DNA of 64,000 bases from a virus: the UHGV virus genome UHGV-1353844; one strand, given 5' to 3'. This document shows positions 29,217 to 37,434 of this stretch, in pieces (the first letter of the stretch is position 1; every line of letters begins with the position of its first letter). The translations under genes were made by a program, and so were the position numbers. A model generated the notes under the pieces. That model made no database searches, was not told the origin of the DNA, and saw only the letters and a program-made list of their open reading frames with translations.

Positions 29217-29765
29217 TTAAATGTCGACTTCTAGTTTACGGTAATCGATGACGCCTTGAGCAATCATACCAGCAACATCGTTCCAGGTACGAAAAATGAA
29301 GTAAACGGTATTCCCGTTTAAAAAGATATTGGATTCTTTATCCGGGAATTCATCTTCGTTGAGGTAATAGTAGGGTTTGTCGAATGGGAAGTCACGTTCA
29401 TCAGAGGAACCAAGTACCGCATAACGATTGCCACAGTCGAACAGAATCTTCCAACCTGATACTTCGCTATTAATGTCAACGCGATCGACGATTTCAACGG
29501 TAATCGGAGAATGATCAAGAAAACTGATTGTAATTTCCTCGCAATACCGTTTGAATCGCCAAATATCTGTGGGTACAATTTCGGACGCTGCTATAAGGGA
29601 ATAAAGTTGTGTTGTGGTGATCTTTTTGTAAACGCTATTGCCGTCACCCAAACGGTCGAATAAGAAATTAGCCAGGAAATTTATATCCTTTAAACGTGTA
29701 CGGAAAACAGAACCACGGCGAATACCGTAAGCCAGGTGGGTTAAATATTCGGATGATGGAAACAT
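29217..29765 (-). CDS. Hypothetical protein (182 aa); N-terminal domain paralogous to 29826-30770
   Basis: Shared pattern MFPSSEYLTHLAYGIRRGSVFRTRLKDINFLANFLFDRLG vs MTFPSEVIYTLANIFRRGHNFPQFRKSADVTADFLFNYLIG. Confidence 0.5.
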   Translation of the reverse strand: MFPSSEYLTHLAYGIRRGSVFRTRLKDINFLANFLFDRLGDGNSVYKKITTTQLYSLIAASEIVPTDIWRFKRYCEEITISFLDHSPITVEIVDRVDINSEVSGWKILFDCGNRYAVLGSSDERDFPFDKPYYYLNEDEFPDKESNIFLNGNTVYFIFRTWNDVAGMIAQGVIDYRKLEVDI

Positions 29766-29795
29766 TTAATACTCCTAAGATGGAAAAAAGAATAA

Positions 29796-29817
29796 CCCTA
29801 CTCCCGGAGGAGTAGGG
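29796..29817 (-). terminator. Terminator hairpin (CCCTACTCC-CGGA-GGAGTAGGG) with A-tract on + strand
   Basis: Between the two paralogous genes; coordinates approximate. Confidence 0.55.
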
Positions 29818-29825
29818 GACTTATA

Positions 29826-30770
29826 TTACTTTTTGGCTTGACCCAGATTTTTAAGAACCAGTTCACGAATGTACTTTTGAGTGCGTTTCTTCGCTGGTAA
29901 AGCCATAAGGGTGTCAACGATTTCCTGTCCGCCGATAACCTTGCTGACGAGTTGTTGAACTTGGAAGAGTTCCGCTTCTTCGTCACTGATCTCATTAGCT
30001 TGGTCTTTCTGACACAATGCTTCTACCAGGTCAGCTACGGATATTTCTTTTTCGTCACCAGGGAAATCCAGGTTTAACGATTCGAAAACATCACGTTTAA
30101 CGAGCACAGATTTCAGATCATCGTAGTTTTCACAGACAGCGACTTCTGTACCAGGGACTGGTAGTTCGTCGTCGGCAGCAAACAAATCACCCAGCACTTT
30201 ATGACTGTGCTCTATTTTTAAAGTGTGGAATGTTTTGGAGGCGTTGGTTAAGACGTAACCAATATGCGGCCAGCTGCTTAGAATGAAACAAACCGTACTT
30301 CCAGTTACACCGATATTGCCCTGACGTGCATTAAAAAAGATTTCTTCAGTACGAGAAATCTGACCCAGGTCGAAATAGGTTTCTTCTTTAGCCGCGACGA
30401 CTTCATACTGATTCTTACCCTGCTCTACAACAACTAACCAGTTACCGTGAGCTTCGTGATTGTAGTTTGCTACTGGAAGGGATTCGTTACTCGTGCGTGG
30501 CTTAATGTCAATGGAAGCTCGACGCATACCCATTGCAAAGTTGAACTTAGCACCGTCTTGATACCCAGAGGCGTAGTCGATCGGGATGATTTCTGAGACA
30601 CGTTCAATATCCATAATTGTTTCCTGCGTAACGCTTGCAGGATCGGTACCAATTAGATAATTAAACAGAAAGTCGGCTGTAACATCTGCCGATTTCCGGA
30701 ACTGTGGGAAATTATGGCCACGGCGAAAAATATTAGCCAGTGTGTAGATTACTTCAGATGGAAAAGTCAT
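29826..30770 (-). CDS. Hypothetical protein (314 aa), N-terminal domain paralogous to 29217-29765, acidic C-terminal extension
   Basis: See paralogue alignment above. Confidence 0.5.
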   Translation of the reverse strand: MTFPSEVIYTLANIFRRGHNFPQFRKSADVTADFLFNYLIGTDPASVTQETIMDIERVSEIIPIDYASGYQDGAKFNFAMGMRRASIDIKPRTSNESLPVANYNHEAHGNWLVVVEQGKNQYEVVAAKEETYFDLGQISRTEEIFFNARQGNIGVTGSTVCFILSSWPHIGYVLTNASKTFHTLKIEHSHKVLGDLFAADDELPVPGTEVAVCENYDDLKSVLVKRDVFESLNLDFPGDEKEISVADLVEALCQKDQANEISDEEAELFQVQQLVSKVIGGQEIVDTLMALPAKKRTQKYIRELVLKNLGQAKK

Positions 30771-30822
30771 TTTAATAGTCCTCTTTAGGTTTGTTCAAAT
30801 CAACTAAGGGTTTTGTAAAAAG

Positions 30823-31302
30823 TTAGAAAAGTGGGAGGTTACGCCATTGACCTACGGAATAGAAAGCTTTCGGGTGCTTACGAATATAGTCTTTCGCTTC
30901 TTCCGGTAACCAGCGCTCACCCGCACGTTTCTGCTGAGCAACAATAACAGCCAGCAACAAATAAGGATTCTTTGACCCAGGGAATTTTGCATTCGTTTCT
31001 AGCGCAATATCCAACATCGATTCCCAGCCCAGTGTTTTAGACTGAGCGGGTAAACGGTCTTCGATATACATCAGCCAATTCATGATTTCTCTGGGTTTAA
31101 ATGGACAGGTGTAGTTCGCCCAGCTTATCATGCAAAACTTAATAATCTTTGCAAACACCCACAGCGGTATAGCCACGAATACGCAGAAAATCACCATTTG
31201 TTTCGTAGGGACGTTTACGAACGTCACTAACAGTAGAACGGTGACTACCTCTAATACCACGAACCAAAAGCGGGTTGGGTAACGCCAGATAAACTTCAAC
31301 AT
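30823..31302 (-). CDS. Membrane protein (159 aa) with about 2-3 N-terminal TM helices; possible holin-like or other membrane function
   Basis: FWFVVLEVVTVLLLVTFV and IFCVFVAIPLWVFAKII hydrophobic segments. Confidence 0.45.
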   Translation of the reverse strand: MLKFIWRYPTRFWFVVLEVVTVLLLVTFVNVPTKQMVIFCVFVAIPLWVFAKIIKFCMISWANYTCPFKPREIMNWLMYIEDRLPAQSKTLGWESMLDIALETNAKFPGSKNPYLLLAVIVAQQKRAGERWLPEEAKDYIRKHPKAFYSVGQWRNLPLF

Positions 31303-31335
31303 ACCTTTGCTCCTTTAGGGGAATAAATAAAAGTA

Positions 31336-31359
31336 CCCCTAATCCAATCGGATTAGGGG
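31336..31359 (-). terminator. Terminator hairpin (CCCCTAATCC-AATC-GGATTAGGGG) with A-tract on + strand
   Basis: 10-bp stem after end of gene at 31366; coordinates approximate. Confidence 0.5.
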
Positions 31360-31365
31360 CAAGTA

Positions 31366-31875
31366 TTAAAAGAACGGCTGGTTTGGAATCACGGCAAATT
31401 CCAGAACGAAGATGTGTTCAGGGGCATCTGCCTGACGCCAGATTTTGTGCGTAGTCGCCAGTTTCTCCAGAATCGTCAGGAAGCTACGCTGGCAGTAGGT
31501 GTTCTCACCCAACAGCAGATTCTGTAACTCTACAGTGGCTTCCATATACGCTTCTTTAAAGACCTGGTTTGGATTGTATTTACCGGTGTAGTGCCACAAC
31601 AGAACTTTCCCTTGCTCCGTGTCTTTCACACTCGGACGTAATCCGCAAATCCACAACAAGGCAAGGTTGACGTTCCAGTCAAACTCTAAACCTTCTTCTT
31701 CGTCATCACCGAAAGCCGTTTTAAGGGCATCGTAAAACTCATGACGCGTTGCAAAGTCTTCGTCGGACTTTATCTGGTCTTCGCTACTGCTACGAACGAT
31801 GCTATATACGTCCTGGGCAGTAAGTTGGGTAGCCTTAGTGATACCTTTATACCAATCGGTTACAACGATGCTCAA
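31366..31875 (-). CDS. Hypothetical protein (169 aa)
   Basis: ORF; ATGA overlap with upstream gene. Confidence 0.5.
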   Translation of the reverse strand: MSIVVTDWYKGITKATQLTAQDVYSIVRSSSEDQIKSDEDFATRHEFYDALKTAFGDDEEEGLEFDWNVNLALLWICGLRPSVKDTEQGKVLLWHYTGKYNPNQVFKEAYMEATVELQNLLLGENTYCQRSFLTILEKLATTHKIWRQADAPEHIFVLEFAVIPNQPFF

Positions 31876-32585
31876 AGGGTGACTCCTTGTTTAAATGGAA
31901 AACTGGTGTTTATCGTATCCCAAATTCGGTTAACTTCCGCTAACTGAATCTGGCGTTCTGGTTTCTTCGCAAACGCAAGCTGACGAGATGCTACAGGCTT
32001 GTCGATTTTCGCACTGTAGAACGTTGCATCTTTCATAAAGCTCGCCATTTCTCGTTGTGCTGCCCGAGACTTGCTTTTAATCCTGGCGTGTGCACCACTT
32101 TCACCCCAGTGATAAGCCAATGCAATTTCTGCAATAGTGGGCTTGCGTTTGAGTCGTTTAGTCAACCCCTTTTCTAAATGTTTAACGTAGACGGAAGCCA
32201 ATAGCACCGCATTACGAGGATTGTACAAATCCGCATTGCGACTAAGTCCGATTTCGGCACCGTAGAGTTTTAGCAAATTGCGCTTTGTGCTCGGTAGCAT
32301 CTGAACCAGACTGTGCGCTTTAGACGTTCGATTATACGCCTTCGGATTAAACCGTGACTCTCGATAGATTAGCGTGGTCATCAAATTAGGATCGACACCC
32401 TGCTTTCGAGAGATTTCCACAATCAACGGTTTTACCCGTTCGAAACGGTCTTGAATCATTTCGAATTCACGATGGTGTTTGGCATTGGGCGCGGATTTGG
32501 ATGCGTATGCGTTAAACGCGAAAAGTGTTACCAGTAAAAGAAAGAAAATACGAAACATACTAGTTCTCCAGTTGGATTTATACAT
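31872..32585 (-). CDS. Secreted lytic transglycosylase (SLT domain) with N-terminal signal peptide (237 aa); candidate endolysin or periplasmic muralytic enzyme
   Basis: Signal peptide MFRIFFLLLVTLFAFNAYA; SLT motifs YRESRFNPKA (ES motif), SLVQML (GLMQ-like), AYHWGESG (AYNxG-like). Confidence 0.6.
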   Translation of the reverse strand: MYKSNWRTSMFRIFFLLLVTLFAFNAYASKSAPNAKHHREFEMIQDRFERVKPLIVEISRKQGVDPNLMTTLIYRESRFNPKAYNRTSKAHSLVQMLPSTKRNLLKLYGAEIGLSRNADLYNPRNAVLLASVYVKHLEKGLTKRLKRKPTIAEIALAYHWGESGAHARIKSKSRAAQREMASFMKDATFYSAKIDKPVASRQLAFAKKPERQIQLAEVNRIWDTINTSFPFKQGVTL

Positions 32586-32658
32586 TTCCGTGTTCCGTAG
32601 AACGAAATCACGGCGCGGACAGCTGGAACTCCTTTGTTGTGTGCCCTAATGATAATAT

Positions 32659-33183
32659 CTATTTAAAAAGGTTTGGAATTAAAGGTTTTGCTTCTTGGTA
32701 AAGCGTATCGGGTAAATAGAAACAGTATTGTTGTCTCCTTGGTACGAGTTTCTTTTCGATAAACAAAAAGATTTGTTGACGTTCAGCTTTTGTCAACCAA
32801 CCGTTAGCCATCCCTAACGGCGGTAAAGCCACCCCACCCTCTAAGTTTTCTGCGGCATCTGCCAACGCGGTGATACCCGCGATAACATAAGAAACCTGGG
32901 ATTTCAGTTTCCAATGTGTTTTTGTTGGTAAGAGAATGCAGTTTTCCTCGGGATAAACGTACACATTCCCTATTCGTATTTCGTTAGCGAAGCAACGTTC
33001 TCGGTAGTCCTGATAAAGCTCAGGATAGCGTTCTCTGCACGCTAAAGCGATACCCCGACCCATTGCCCCTACGCAATTTATCGTAACGACCTTGAAGCGC
33101 TCAGGGGCGTTAAACAGGTCGTTGTCAATAACCGATTCTGGAAGTATCGTTAGCATAACGGTCTTACCGAGTGAGGTAAGCAT
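32659..33183 (-). CDS. Stand-alone macrodomain protein of the DarG/TARG1-type ADP-ribosyl hydrolase clade (174 aa)
   Basis: Motifs VVTINCVGAMGRGIALACRERYPELY, LPTKTHWKLKS and GVALPPLGMANGWL match recalled DarG macrodomain blocks ([50 protein letters not shown]). From memory, not a search. Confidence 0.55.
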   Translation of the reverse strand: MLTSLGKTVMLTILPESVIDNDLFNAPERFKVVTINCVGAMGRGIALACRERYPELYQDYRERCFANEIRIGNVYVYPEENCILLPTKTHWKLKSQVSYVIAGITALADAAENLEGGVALPPLGMANGWLTKAERQQIFLFIEKKLVPRRQQYCFYLPDTLYQEAKPLIPNLFK

Positions 33184-33256
33184 AATTGATGCACAGGGAT
33201 AAACCGCGTTCCGCCAATCGCTAACTCAACCAAAATCGCTATATACGTTTTAGACA

Positions 33257-33631
33257 TTAACGATTCCTTTTCACCCATTGACTGATAACGGACTCTAGCC
33301 CTTCATGCTCGAGACCGAGGCGTTTCATGGCAAGGTGCAATTCCAGCGTGTGCGTAATCTGTTCTCGGGTTTGGGCGTCGTTCATCTTCTCCCAGACCTT
33401 CTCCAGATTAATGTTAAATCTTGACAGCATATACGCTTCACGACACGCACCACGACGCCACAAACTCGGTTTAACGAACGGTAATTCGATTTCTGGAATC
33501 AGCCACAGTAGTTTATTAACCCGCGTAAGTTCACTGCCACCGATTTCGTGACACTGATAACAGATTTGTAAGATGTCGCTGTTATCCAGTGGTTCACTAA
33601 ATAGGTACGGGGTTTGGGTTCCTGGTAACAT
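33257..33631 (-). CDS. Hypothetical protein (124 aa)
   Basis: ORF downstream of macrodomain gene region. Confidence 0.45.
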   Translation of the reverse strand: MLPGTQTPYLFSEPLDNSDILQICYQCHEIGGSELTRVNKLLWLIPEIELPFVKPSLWRRGACREAYMLSRFNINLEKVWEKMNDAQTREQITHTLELHLAMKRLGLEHEGLESVISQWVKRNR

Positions 33632-33833
33632 CTGGATTCTCCTTAGGCTCGAAAGGTGATTCAGGTGGCAGCGTTCCTAACGCGCCTTGAATACAGGCCG
33701 TCAGTTCAGGTTTACCAAAACACACCTGACCGATCTTGCCCACGTTGGGATGCTGGAGAAATGCTTTTGCGCGTTCGTATTCTTTCCAGCAAATGCTTGT
33801 ATCCATTCCACCTACACCGAAACTGTTTAACAT
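33597..33833 (-). CDS. Possible small protein (78 aa); overlaps start of 33257-33631 by 35 nt
   Basis: ORF only; no strong RBS seen. Confidence 0.25.
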   Translation of the reverse strand: MLNSFGVGGMDTSICWKEYERAKAFLQHPNVGKIGQVCFGKPELTACIQGALGTLPPESPFEPKENPDVTRNPNPVPI

Positions 33834-33899
33834 AAGTAGCTCTCCTGACGTAAAAATCTCACACTCATAGTGAGGAACGTCAAGAGAGCCTTTATTGTT

Positions 33900-34343
33900 T
33901 TAGAAAGTTTTGCTGAAATCCACCCATTCTTTATCGTGAGAATAGGTTGCTTTGTAGCCACGACGAATGAAATACTCTTTCGCTTCTTTGCACTTCGTGT
34001 ACATCCCAATGGCAATTTCACCGAATGCTTCATCAGCGGCTATCGCTTTGAAGATTTCTTTCATTACCCCGCGCTGACGGTAATCAGGCAGCACGTATAA
34101 CGAACGAATTTTGAGTACCCCGTTGCGATTACGGTAACTGCAATAACCTACCGCAACATCGTCGATATAAATCAGAACAACACAGTTGCCTTCGATCAGT
34201 TGACGCACGTTTAATTTCGGTACAGCGGTTTTGATTTTCAGCATCGTTGCTTGGTGATCTAAGTAACGGTAATGGAGTGCGAGTAAATCTTTCGCTTGTT
34301 CTTCACCGATTTTAGAAAGTGCGTTCAACAAATAAATTTCCAT
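33900..34343 (-). CDS. GNAT-family N-acetyltransferase (147 aa)
   Basis: GNAT motif A region LYVLPDYRQRGVMKEIFKAI. Confidence 0.55.
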   Translation of the reverse strand: MEIYLLNALSKIGEEQAKDLLALHYRYLDHQATMLKIKTAVPKLNVRQLIEGNCVVLIYIDDVAVGYCSYRNRNGVLKIRSLYVLPDYRQRGVMKEIFKAIAADEAFGEIAIGMYTKCKEAKEYFIRRGYKATYSHDKEWVDFSKTF

Positions 34344-34375
34344 TTATCAGACCTTACAGACGCAAAAAGATGAAA

Positions 34376-34504
34376 TTAAAACCAACGTCCAATGATAAAA
34401 GCGGCTGCGGCGAGAAGCAGTACGGTAATAAAACCCGCACCCCATGTTAGTTCCGCGTTATATAAAGCGCCGATTGCAGCATTGGTAGTATTGACAACAG
34501 TCAT
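34376..34504 (-). CDS. Small hydrophobic peptide (42 aa, MTVVNTTNAAIGALYNAELTWGAGFITVLLLAAAAFIIGRWF), not in ORF track
   Basis: Hand translation; GAGGG RBS 6 nt upstream of ATG; one predicted TM helix. Confidence 0.3.
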   Translation of the reverse strand: MTVVNTTNAAIGALYNAELTWGAGFITVLLLAAAAFIIGRWF

Positions 34505-34554
34505 GGTTTTCCCTCGTAAAACGCCCTCCCAGTTACCCAGGAGGGGGTTCTAAC

Positions 34555-34665
34555 TTAACTGTGCGTAGAGCCTTTGAAAGCCCATCCGTACTTATTAATC
34601 AGCCAGTTGAGAGATTTCCCAATAACCCACAACGACCCAAGTGTTAACAGAATACCCTCAATCAT
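34555..34665 (-). CDS. Small membrane-associated peptide (36 aa, MIEGILLTLGSLWVIGKSLNWLINKYGWAFKGSTHS), not in ORF track
   Basis: Hand translation; ATG overlaps TGA of the upstream 66-aa ORF (ATGA coupling); GGAGGG upstream. Confidence 0.3.
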   Translation of the reverse strand: MIEGILLTLGSLWVIGKSLNWLINKYGWAFKGSTHS

Positions 34666-34862
34666 GACTTCCCTCCAACACACCGCCACTCACATTCGCG
34701 TTGGTGCCAAATTGAACCCCAGGCGAGTCTAATCGCGTACGCTAAGACCACCCATAAAATCGCCGTTATACAAAATAGCACGTACAGAATGGCAACCAGC
34801 ACCATGACGCTAAACCCTAAAACGCTTAGTAACTGACGCCACCAATCAGTTTGCGTAGACAA
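34662..34862 (-). CDS. Small membrane protein (66 aa) with two hydrophobic segments; overlaps 3' end of the SbcC-like gene
   Basis: LLSVLGFSVMVLVAILYVLFCITAILWVVLAYAI; 17-nt overlap with upstream gene. Confidence 0.4.
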   Translation of the reverse strand: MSTQTDWWRQLLSVLGFSVMVLVAILYVLFCITAILWVVLAYAIRLAWGSIWHQRECEWRCVGGKS

Positions 34863-37350
34863 TTTTTACTCCTTCGTTGTAAACCGCAGGCAGTGTTACG
34901 CCTTCAGGTTCAATAACACAGTATGCGGCTTCGTTAAGTTTTGAATGAATTTCTGCTTCGTGAGATACCACCAGTAACTGAGAGAACTCACCGGAATTCG
35001 CCAGGGTTTTAATAAACCCGACAAGATTATTTCGGTGTTCCTCATCCATCCCTTCTGACGGTTCATCCAACAGTAGCGGATACTGATGAAGTTTCAGGGC
35101 TTTGTAAGCGGTTAAACGAAACATCAAATTAAAGATGGCCCGCTGCGCTTTCGACCCTTTCCGCACGTCAGGTACCGGTTCAGGATGAGTTTTCAACTGC
35201 ACTGGGAACGTGTAGTCTAAGTCACCGTCGGTTAAGTCACACGGCATGACCCGCATAGGGTAGGTCCAGACTTGTTCGATATATCGCGTCATTAATTCTG
35301 TGATTCTCACGATAGCGTTGTAGAAGTATTTGCGTAATACCCCTTTCTCGGGCGAGAACGCTTGAATCATCAGCTTGTTATTAAATTGCTGCGCTTGTAA
35401 ATCCGATAACTCCTTTTCTAACGCAGTAAGTTGGTTGAGTTCGTTTTCCATCTGACGGTACCTTTCCCGTGCTGTGGTGAACGCATCCAACTTGTTTTCT
35501 CGGGCGTTTAATAACGTTTCGACCACCGTGTTGGTTAATGTTACCTTAACGTCGTTCTCTAAACGCTCAAAAACCGCATTAAAATTGTCTACAGTGACTT
35601 TAAGTTCGTTTAGATAACAAAAGGTATCATTAGCAACTGCGTGCTCTCTACGGCGCTCTGAGAGCGTTTCTGTTGCCTTACCCAAACGTTCCTGCTGGAA
35701 GGCAATTTTCTGCTGTAGTGCACCGTCAACGTTACCTACCGCTGCAACCGCATTTTCCCACTCTTTTTCCGCTTTAGCAAAACGCTGTTTCGTTTCGTGG
35801 TACTCAATTGCGGAATAAAGTTCACGATCGAACTCTGCGCACAGACTGCCAAACTGACTGCGGTTATCCGTAAAGACATTCCGCTCCTGGAGACGTTTAA
35901 AGAACAAACTCAATACCGGGTCTTTCGAGTATGTTAAAACGATTTCCCGTACTTGACGCATGTAATTAACGTCCGACTCTAATTCCGTACGGTCTCGCAA
36001 TACGGAATCAAGTTGAGTCTGTAACGTATTACGTTGCTCCATTTGTCCACGAATGGCTTCTTCCAATTCAGGCAAAGAACGACGGACACCCGGACGGAAT
36101 TTAAATTGACACTGCGGACAATCAACCTCGGCGGTTTCCAAATAGTGATTCCGTTCGTGGTTGAGATTCTGCAATACATTTTCAACACGCTGTAACCTGT
36201 CACGCAACCCAGATGAGTTTTGGTCTAAGGTCAACAGTTTCTCTTCCAGTACGTTCAACCGCTCCGTTGACTTAATAGCATCCAGTGTTGTTCCTAAACG
36301 TTGTCCCCAGACACGCGCATCGGTTGCTGCTTTAAGCTGGTCGATGTTAACGGTCTCTGCAAACAGTTCAGGGAAAAGGTGCTCAGTGTCCCACTGCTTT
36401 ATTAACTCGCGTAGTTTCGCAACCGTGTTTTTTAACCCCTCGTGATTCCGCATCAGGTAATCTTGGCGAGTGGACTCGTCCATCAACAAAGACAAATCTT
36501 TGTTTAGCATGGATAGTTCTGTTTCAGCAGAGACCACCGCTTCACGGGCAGTGGCTTCAATCCGTCGTGCTTCCTCTACTTGTTCTTCCGTAGGTAATCC
36601 GCCACGGTGTTCCAAGATAGCATTAATCGGTGCTTCGATTTTAAGCAATAGCGATTGAATCGTTGCCACCGTAACGTCACGATTCAGACCAGGCAGTTGT
36701 TCAATCTGTTTGTTGAGTTCACGTAAATCCGCTTCTAACGCTTTTAACCGCGTTGCTAATTGCTGACGTTCCTCTTCGTTATCAATTACGCGGGTACGCA
36801 ACTCTGCAATCTTGCGGCTGGTGATTTCAATACCACCGTTTAGCATCGTCAGGTTTTTTCGTAAACGTTGATAAAAACCTAACGCGTAAGTTAAGTCTGA
36901 CGTACTTAAACGGTAGAACCACTTACGGCGCAGTTCCGTTCCTGCATCCGTTAAAAGCACTTCCCCGTTCAGTAACTCTTTAATCTCTTTTGTAATGCCC
37001 GTGATTTCTTCTACGCGAGAGTTATACACTTTCGCATTACCTTGCTCGACGATTTTGGTACCCGTCGTCAGGTTCTCGATATCGCAAACCAATGAGTTGC
37101 CTTTACGTGCAACCTTAAATTTGTAACGATGGTCGTTAACCAAACAGATATTGGTGTAAGAACCCCCGTCACGGAATTCGGATTTCGAAGGTGCGATAGG
37201 TAGAAACACGGACAGTAAGCTGGTCTTACCGCAGCCGTTACCACCGAGGATAATGGTGGTTGGGGAATGGATAGTAAAATCGAAGGTTTCGATTTCGTGT
37301 AACCCCATTCCGGTAAATCCTTTAAGTACAATACGTTCAACTTTTAACAT
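34846..37350 (-). CDS. SbcC/Rad50-like SMC-family ABC ATPase with long coiled coil and CxxC zinc hook (about 834 aa from ATG at 37350; track start GTG 37368)
   Basis: Walker A GGNGCGKTS; central CPQC hook; C-terminal LLLDEPSEGMD (Walker B/D-loop) and VVSHEAE (H-loop); GGAGG RBS before ATG at 37350. Confidence 0.7.
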   Translation of the reverse strand: MLKVERIVLKGFTGMGLHEIETFDFTIHSPTTIILGGNGCGKTSLLSVFLPIAPSKSEFRDGGSYTNICLVNDHRYKFKVARKGNSLVCDIENLTTGTKIVEQGNAKVYNSRVEEITGITKEIKELLNGEVLLTDAGTELRRKWFYRLSTSDLTYALGFYQRLRKNLTMLNGGIEITSRKIAELRTRVIDNEEERQQLATRLKALEADLRELNKQIEQLPGLNRDVTVATIQSLLLKIEAPINAILEHRGGLPTEEQVEEARRIEATAREAVVSAETELSMLNKDLSLLMDESTRQDYLMRNHEGLKNTVAKLRELIKQWDTEHLFPELFAETVNIDQLKAATDARVWGQRLGTTLDAIKSTERLNVLEEKLLTLDQNSSGLRDRLQRVENVLQNLNHERNHYLETAEVDCPQCQFKFRPGVRRSLPELEEAIRGQMEQRNTLQTQLDSVLRDRTELESDVNYMRQVREIVLTYSKDPVLSLFFKRLQERNVFTDNRSQFGSLCAEFDRELYSAIEYHETKQRFAKAEKEWENAVAAVGNVDGALQQKIAFQQERLGKATETLSERRREHAVANDTFCYLNELKVTVDNFNAVFERLENDVKVTLTNTVVETLLNARENKLDAFTTARERYRQMENELNQLTALEKELSDLQAQQFNNKLMIQAFSPEKGVLRKYFYNAIVRITELMTRYIEQVWTYPMRVMPCDLTDGDLDYTFPVQLKTHPEPVPDVRKGSKAQRAIFNLMFRLTAYKALKLHQYPLLLDEPSEGMDEEHRNNLVGFIKTLANSGEFSQLLVVSHEAEIHSKLNEAAYCVIEPEGVTLPAVYNEGVKIVYAN

Positions 37351-37406
37351 GTCCACCTCCATATTCACGGAGCGTGGTGTAAAAAGAAAAAAAATAAAAG
37401 AGAAGG

Positions 37407-37428
37407 GAGAGAACCCGAAGGTTCTCTC
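37407..37428 (-). terminator. Terminator hairpin (GAGAGAACC-CGAA-GGTTCTCTC) preceded on + strand by a long A-tract
   Basis: After end of gene at 37435; coordinates approximate. Confidence 0.55.
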
Positions 37429-37434
37429 GCGGTA

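Noticed and set aside
32659-33631. A complete DarT-DarG toxin-antitoxin pair
   Set aside because: Only the macrodomain is present; neither neighbouring ORF looks like a DarT-type ADP-ribosyltransferase, so I interpret the macrodomain as a solo gene.
33827-34100. ORFs 33827-34033 (-) and 33870-34100 (+) overlapping the GNAT gene
   Set aside because: Alternative frames of the GNAT coding region, which has a clear acetyltransferase motif.
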